In this document: positions 8,160 to 12,727 of the stretch, piece after piece
Position numbering within the stretch: the stretch's first letter is position 1
How the letters are laid out: the number at the start of each line of letters is the position of its first letter
NCBI RefSeq assembly: GCF_006345805.1
Contig: NW_021826527.1
Span: forward strand, 1 to 12,727
Reading direction: 5' to 3'
Length of the DNA stretch: 12,727 bases
Source of the DNA: Octopus sinensis
Lineage: Eukaryota
Made by a program: the position numbers and the translations under genes
The notes under the pieces: model-generated
What the model was told of the DNA's origin: nothing
Database searches by the model: none
What the model saw: only the letters and a program-made list of their open reading frames with translations

Positions 8160-8453
8160 ATCGTTTTCACGTCCCCTTATCCAAGCTTGCATTGGCCAAA
8201 GTGAATTTGTTGGGGGAGATTTTTTACAGCCGGAATTACTTCCTGTTACCAGCTTCCCACTTCCTCTTGTTTTACAGTAAGATAATATTTTCAAATACCC
8301 GAACGTGTTTTTTATAGGACTTTGGAAAAGAACGGCACCACTTATATGATGGTAACCCTCGTTGAGAATGATCACAAGATCTGGAGATTTCAAGGAGTGA
8401 AACACACGCAGATAAACCTTACACACACAGACACACACAACCGCGCACACACT

Positions 8454-8484
<31 letters not shown>

Positions 8485-8705
8485 ACATACACACACATTC
8501 ACTCAAACACGAACGCACACACACATAAACACAACACATTGGTTTGTATGACGAAGGAATACATGCTACGATCCTCTTTCAGTTTCCGCACACCACTTCT
8601 ACGTACAATTAGCTTGAAGCTATAGTGGAAGGCCAAGGCGCTACGTGCTAGAAATGAACACGAATCTACGCGACTGAGAAACAAAATTCTTAGCACCACA
8701 GCTAT
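8160..8705 (-). mobile_element. Old CORE-like tRNA-SINE relic: head/core ~8565-8705, internal (CA)n 8420-8530, RTE-like tail ~8160-8260
   Basis: Plus-strand remnants CTTTCAGTTTCCG, GCTATAGTGGAAG, CCAAGGCGCTACG, CACCACAGC and TTTTTACAGCCGGA..CTTCCTGTTACCAGC resemble reverse-complemented cephalopod SINE segments (recall). Joining the pieces into one element is inference. Confidence 0.45.
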
Positions 8706-8742
8706 ACATACACAATCGTGTATGTACAGATGTACAGATGTA

Positions 8743-8955
8743 CGAGGCGATGCCGAAAGTTCCTGGCTTTGGATAAAAAATACAGGATGATCACTTAATT
8801 ATGATTTTATTCAACATATTCCCTTCTCAAATGCACACACTTATTGCAGCGGTCCTTCAGTTTTCCTAAGCCCTGTAAAATAACTCGGAAGTGTGGGCCT
8901 CCAGCCAGGCCAGTCACGATAGCCTTAAAGCCAGGAATTTTTTAGCACCCTCTCG
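8743..8955. mobile_element. Tc1/mariner-type MITE with TA target-site duplication
   Basis: TA|CGAGGCGATGCCGAAAGTTCCTGGCTTT ... AAAGCCAGGAATTTTTTAGCACCCTCTCG|TA: ~28-bp imperfect TIRs. A second copy lies at 11321. Confidence 0.85.
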
Positions 8956-9320
8956 TATGTTTATATGTAGAAGGCCGCATTGGATATTATAGTACTGCAT
9001 ACAGGTGTCATATTTTTAGCATATGTCGACACTGTTTGCTAGATCTAGCAGCCAGTATTTTTCTGAAATGCCACGCGTCTGCCCTAAAACTAATGAGTAC
9101 AATAAATGATATAGTCTTAGATAATGACTGTTTTATAGCCCATGCCATCTTAGTCAGGTAGAAAAAAACAATCAAATTCACCTTAAATGAGACGGTACCA
9201 TCCTAGAAAGTAAGAAAGCGTTGAATTAATGAAGTCCTAGATACACAACTTCGTGATGGTCACAGTTGAACCGTTTTCGATCAAGTGCATTATCACTTTT
9301 GCTTGAATTCAACAAAATAC

Positions 9321-9541
9321 ATATTTCTTTACTACCCACAAGGGTCAAACAAAGAGGGGGCAAACATGAACAGGCAAAGGGATTAAGACGATTATATCGA
9401 CCCCAGTGCGTTACTGGTACATAATTTATCGACCCCGAAAAGATGAAAGGCAAAGTTGACCTCGGTGGAATTTGAACCCAGAACGTAAAGACAAGCGAAA
9501 TACCTCAAAGCATTTCGTCCGGCGTGCTAACGTTTCTGCCA
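9321..9541 (-). mobile_element. tRNA-derived SINE family A, copy 5 (third tail type)
   Basis: Minus-strand TGGCAGAAACG, GGTTCAAATTCC and core GCCTTTCATCTTTTCGGGGTCGATAAATTATGTACCAG. Confidence 0.85.
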
Positions 9542-10399
9542 TTAGAGGATCAACGAGGAACCTTCTACTTGACCTCAGCCAAATTTCCGTCATCTAAAGT
9601 TCGAGTTTGAAGAGAGAAAGAAAGAAAGAATTTGTATGCGATCAAACATTAATATGGCCGTCATTCTTTTCTTTTCTTTCTGCATATAATGTGTTATTTG
9701 AGGAAAATGTCACAGTTTTTAGGTTGAGTTGACACGGGATTAACAGCTGCTTTATTCTATTTTGGATGAGTCATCTAATGTGTTCTGCACGCGGGAGAAA
9801 GGCGTGATAGTCACGGCTGAAACATTTTTGGTTAAAGGTCTACTTTTTCAGTGTTGATCTTGGATAAAAGAAATACAGTAACAATACAAACAATATTGTT
9901 GCGTATACCACATCATACCTGTACTGACTTTATTTACTACATGAGTGACACTATACATTTGCTGGATATGCTAAAAATAGCAGCTAGATTCTCCCGGATA
10001 ATACTCAACAGTTTTAGAAACAAAGCAGGTACAATGTACGAAGTAGTTCTTAATTTCTAGAACTTCCAGTTACTGGAGGATGTCGTAATTGGAACGTTTG
10101 CTTACTAAGAACTGCTCAGAAGTTAATTAGCAACAATCAAATTGACAAGGGCAAACATACATGCCAAAGAGATAGAATTTATGTAGCGGCGCAATATATT
10201 AGAAATAGCAGCCAATATTTCTCCAATCAACTTCTAAACTTCAGCCTGGCCTCGTTCTCAAGCAAGTATTGCTTAGTAACATGCACGAGGCGTTCGATAT
10301 TTATTTTTACGTATCGCGAGCGGACGTGGACACAGTTACTCGGAGCCCTCACGCTTATGACCAAGAGGTACAGCCAGATTATGACACCGGAAGATTGAG

Positions 10400-10538
10400 A
10401 GGGCTGCACCCAGTTTCGGCTGGTATTCAGTACAGCAATGGGAAATAAATTTCCTTGATCAGGCACAAAACGATCCAGGAACTTAACCGATAATGGTACA
10501 GTCATAATCCAAATACACTAACCATTACTCCACGCACA
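10400..10538 (-). mobile_element. Degenerate tRNA/CORE-like SINE head
   Basis: Minus strand GCGTGGAGTAATGGTTAG (A-box-like), GGTTAAGTTCC (B-box-like), then TTGTGCCTGATCAAGGAAATTTATTTCCCATTGC (CORE-like). Confidence 0.45.
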
Positions 10539-10566
10539 CTCACTTTTCTCAAAACAAGCTCAAGCG

Positions 10567-10600
10567 CAGCGGTTCTCAAACATTTTTCACCTATGGACCC
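10567..10600 (+). mobile_element. hAT (Charlie-like) terminal sequence; partner end not found
   Basis: CAGCGGTTCTCAAAC matches the hAT-Charlie terminus CAGNGGTTCTCAA. Confidence 0.4.
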
Positions 10601-10630
10601 ACTCTTATAGACATTCGCTCTATGTAATAT

Positions 10631-10986
10631 GGATGGATGGAAGCACTCGTCGGTCACGACGATGAGGGTTCCTTTTGATCCGAATCAACGGAACAGCCTG
10701 CTCGTGAAATTAACGTGTAAGTGGCTGAGCACTCAACAGATACGTGCACCCTTAACGTAGTTCTCGGGGATATTCAGCGTGACAAGGCCGGCCCCTTAAA
10801 ACACAGGTACAACAGAAACAGGAAGTAAGAGTGAGAGAAAGTTGTGGTGAAAGAGTACAGCCGGAGCCTCGTGGAGCTTTTAGGTGTTTTCGCTCAATAA
10901 ACACTCACAACGCCCGGTCTGGGAATCGAAACCGCGATCCTATGACCGCGTGTCCGCTGCCCTAACCACTGGGCCATTGCGCCTCC
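10631..10986 (-). mobile_element. tRNA-derived SINE family B, near full length with (CCAT)n tail and probable TSD
   Basis: Minus strand GGAGGCGCAA TGGCCCAGTGG ... GTTTCGATTCCC; tail CCATCCATCCAT. Flanks TCTATGTAATAT (10619-10630) and TCTATTTATTAT (10987-10998) are 10/12 identical. Confidence 0.9.
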
Positions 10987-11002
10987 TCTATTTATTATAT
11001 AT

Positions 11003-11085
11003 ATAGCCATTCGCTATACATATTATATGTCTTGTAGACATTCTTTATATAAATTATATGTCTTATAGGCATTCATTATATATAT
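11003..11085. repeat. ~30-bp AT-rich minisatellite (about 3 units; another unit at 10603-10630)
   Basis: Recurring TATGTCTTRTAGRCATTC.TTATATA.ATTA. Confidence 0.65.
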
Positions 11086-11320
11086 CATTTATTTAAAGGA
11101 TATATAATACATGTCTTTAAGTGATGCTAATATTTTCATATGTCGAGAAATATCTCAAACATAGTTTTTAGACACAAGCTATTTATCATAAGGAACGGAA
11201 TAAAAAACTGAATAAGAGAAGGGACGCCAAAAAAAAAACTGAGAAAGTAGCATATAGAAAACGTGGAACGTAAGAAACGGAAACGAAAAAACACACACAA
11301 AAGAAATGTAAAAGGTAATA

Positions 11321-11540
11321 TACGAGACTCTGAAAGCTTCCTGGCTTTAAGTAAAAGAAAATACAGGAGCATCAGTTGATTAGGATATTATTCCACGTAT
11401 TCCTCTTTCAGCTTCACACACTTATTGCAGCGGTCCTTCAGTTTTTTTTTATGCCCTATAAATGAAGTCGGAATATTGATCCTAAAACAAAACTTTTCCC
11501 GATACCCTTAAAAGCGGGAATTCTTCAGGAACTCCTCCTA
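11321..11540. mobile_element. Second, more decayed copy of the Tc1/mariner MITE
   Basis: Shares TTCCTGGCTTT, AAAATACAGGA and the exact CACACACTTATTGCAGCGGTCCTTCAGTTTT with 8743-8955. TA at both ends. Confidence 0.8.
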
Positions 11541-11542
11541 TA

Positions 11543-11545
<3 letters not shown>

Positions 11546-11590
<45 letters not shown>
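11546..11590. repeat. (TA)n microsatellite
   Basis: Direct reading. Confidence 0.95.
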
Positions 11591-11592
<2 letters not shown>

Positions 11593-12296
11593 ATTATTTT
11601 TGTTTACTGGATTGAAAATCACGGTGCCGCATAAAAAAAAACTATTCGCACCGAATGCATATAGGTAGTTTGTGTGCATAAAAAGAAATACGAACTAATA
11701 TATAGTTCTTAAATTTGATAGAAACGGGGAGACTGATTCGCTGGTGTGTAGGTAACACAGTCGTGTTAACAAAGAGATGTGGTTTCGACTGCCACGTGGA
11801 TAAGAATGCCTTCATTTTATTCTGTCAAAGATTTATATGCCCTTTATTAGACTATTTTCTTTAGTCATTGCACAGTGATCGCTTATAAGCTTTAAGCTTA
11901 TATAAAAGTATTATTATTATTATTATTATTAGTTCAACAAAAGCAAAATGGCCGAACGGACACGGTTGGAGCGGCTTTTTTTTAATTGTAGAACTGCATC
12001 GGGCTCGCTTCACTTTGAAGATCACAAAATGGTAAAGATCATGAACAATATTTCTTTATTTATTCAGAAGACAACTGATTAACCGTAAATCACTAATATT
12101 TCGTGTCTGAAGTAAATCTCTCAAGACCTCCAACCGACCGTCCAACCATCCAAACAACAAACAAAACACTACTAAGCCGCTAAGTGGCCATAGTCCAACC
12201 GATACTATTTTTCTACCTCGTTAGCGATCCAAGAATCACCAATCACATTCTCACTGGCAAATATCGATATATCGACTGATAGCGGCTTACTTTCCA

Positions 12297-12320
12297 TTTA
12301 TTATTATTATTATTATCATG

Positions 12321-12382
<62 letters not shown>

Positions 12383-12420
12383 TGTTATTACTATTATTAT
12401 TAATACTATTATTTTTATTA
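12297..12420. repeat. (ATT)n microsatellite
   Basis: Direct reading. Confidence 0.95.
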
Positions 12421-12489
12421 TGAACATTATTCCCTTCTTTGTCTGCTATTCTATGCGTGCCATTATTCATTAAGTATTTGTGTTTCTGC

Positions 12490-12521
12490 GTGTGTGTGTG
12501 CATGTGTGGGTGTGTGTGCGC

Positions 12522-12558
<37 letters not shown>

Positions 12559-12640
12559 GCCTGGAAATATAAATGTATATACGTTCAATTATGTACAAAA
12601 TGTCTGGTCCTACGCTTTTGTGGACACGCCTGTGTGTGTG

Positions 12641-12679
<39 letters not shown>

Positions 12680-12680
12680 A
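12490..12680. repeat. Two (TG)n-(TA)n compound microsatellites
   Basis: Direct reading. Confidence 0.9.
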
Positions 12681-12727
12681 TACACTTGTAACTTTTTTAT
12701 GTCTGCCAAGATATATATGCATGTGCT

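Noticed and set aside
11884-11902. Short palindrome TATAAGCTT-T-AAGCTTATA
   Set aside because: AT-rich and short; expected by chance or slippage.
11950-11983. GC stem followed by a T run, resembling an intrinsic terminator
   Set aside because: Weak 4-5 bp stem with a long loop, eukaryotic DNA, and no upstream transcription unit identified.

Overview
AT-rich, microsatellite-dense, non-coding eukaryotic DNA. The mix of tRNA-derived SINEs, (TA)n/(TACA)n/(AAT)n runs and non-LTR relics looks like an octopus/cephalopod intron or intergenic region (inference from recall, not from a search). No intact host gene is supported, and nearly all ORFs in the track are microsatellite translations. Real content: (1) a ~320-bp near-perfect foldback (341-659) whose two arms each carry a minimal type I hammerhead ribozyme motif on opposite strands, as in an inverted Penelope-like (PLE) pseudo-LTR; (2) a second, unrelated PLE-like fragment with a hammerhead variant at 6901-6935; (3) a 5'-truncated R4/Dong-clade non-LTR retrotransposon (RT C-terminus, CCHC, restriction-like endonuclease) inside an (AAT)n tract; (4) a head-to-tail array of four tRNA-SINEs next to it, plus a fifth dispersed copy; (5) two copies of a second tRNA-SINE and two older CORE-like SINE relics; (6) two Tc1/mariner-type MITEs, an unclassified 238-bp TIR element and a lone hAT-like end; (7) a decayed CR1/L2-type RT fragment.
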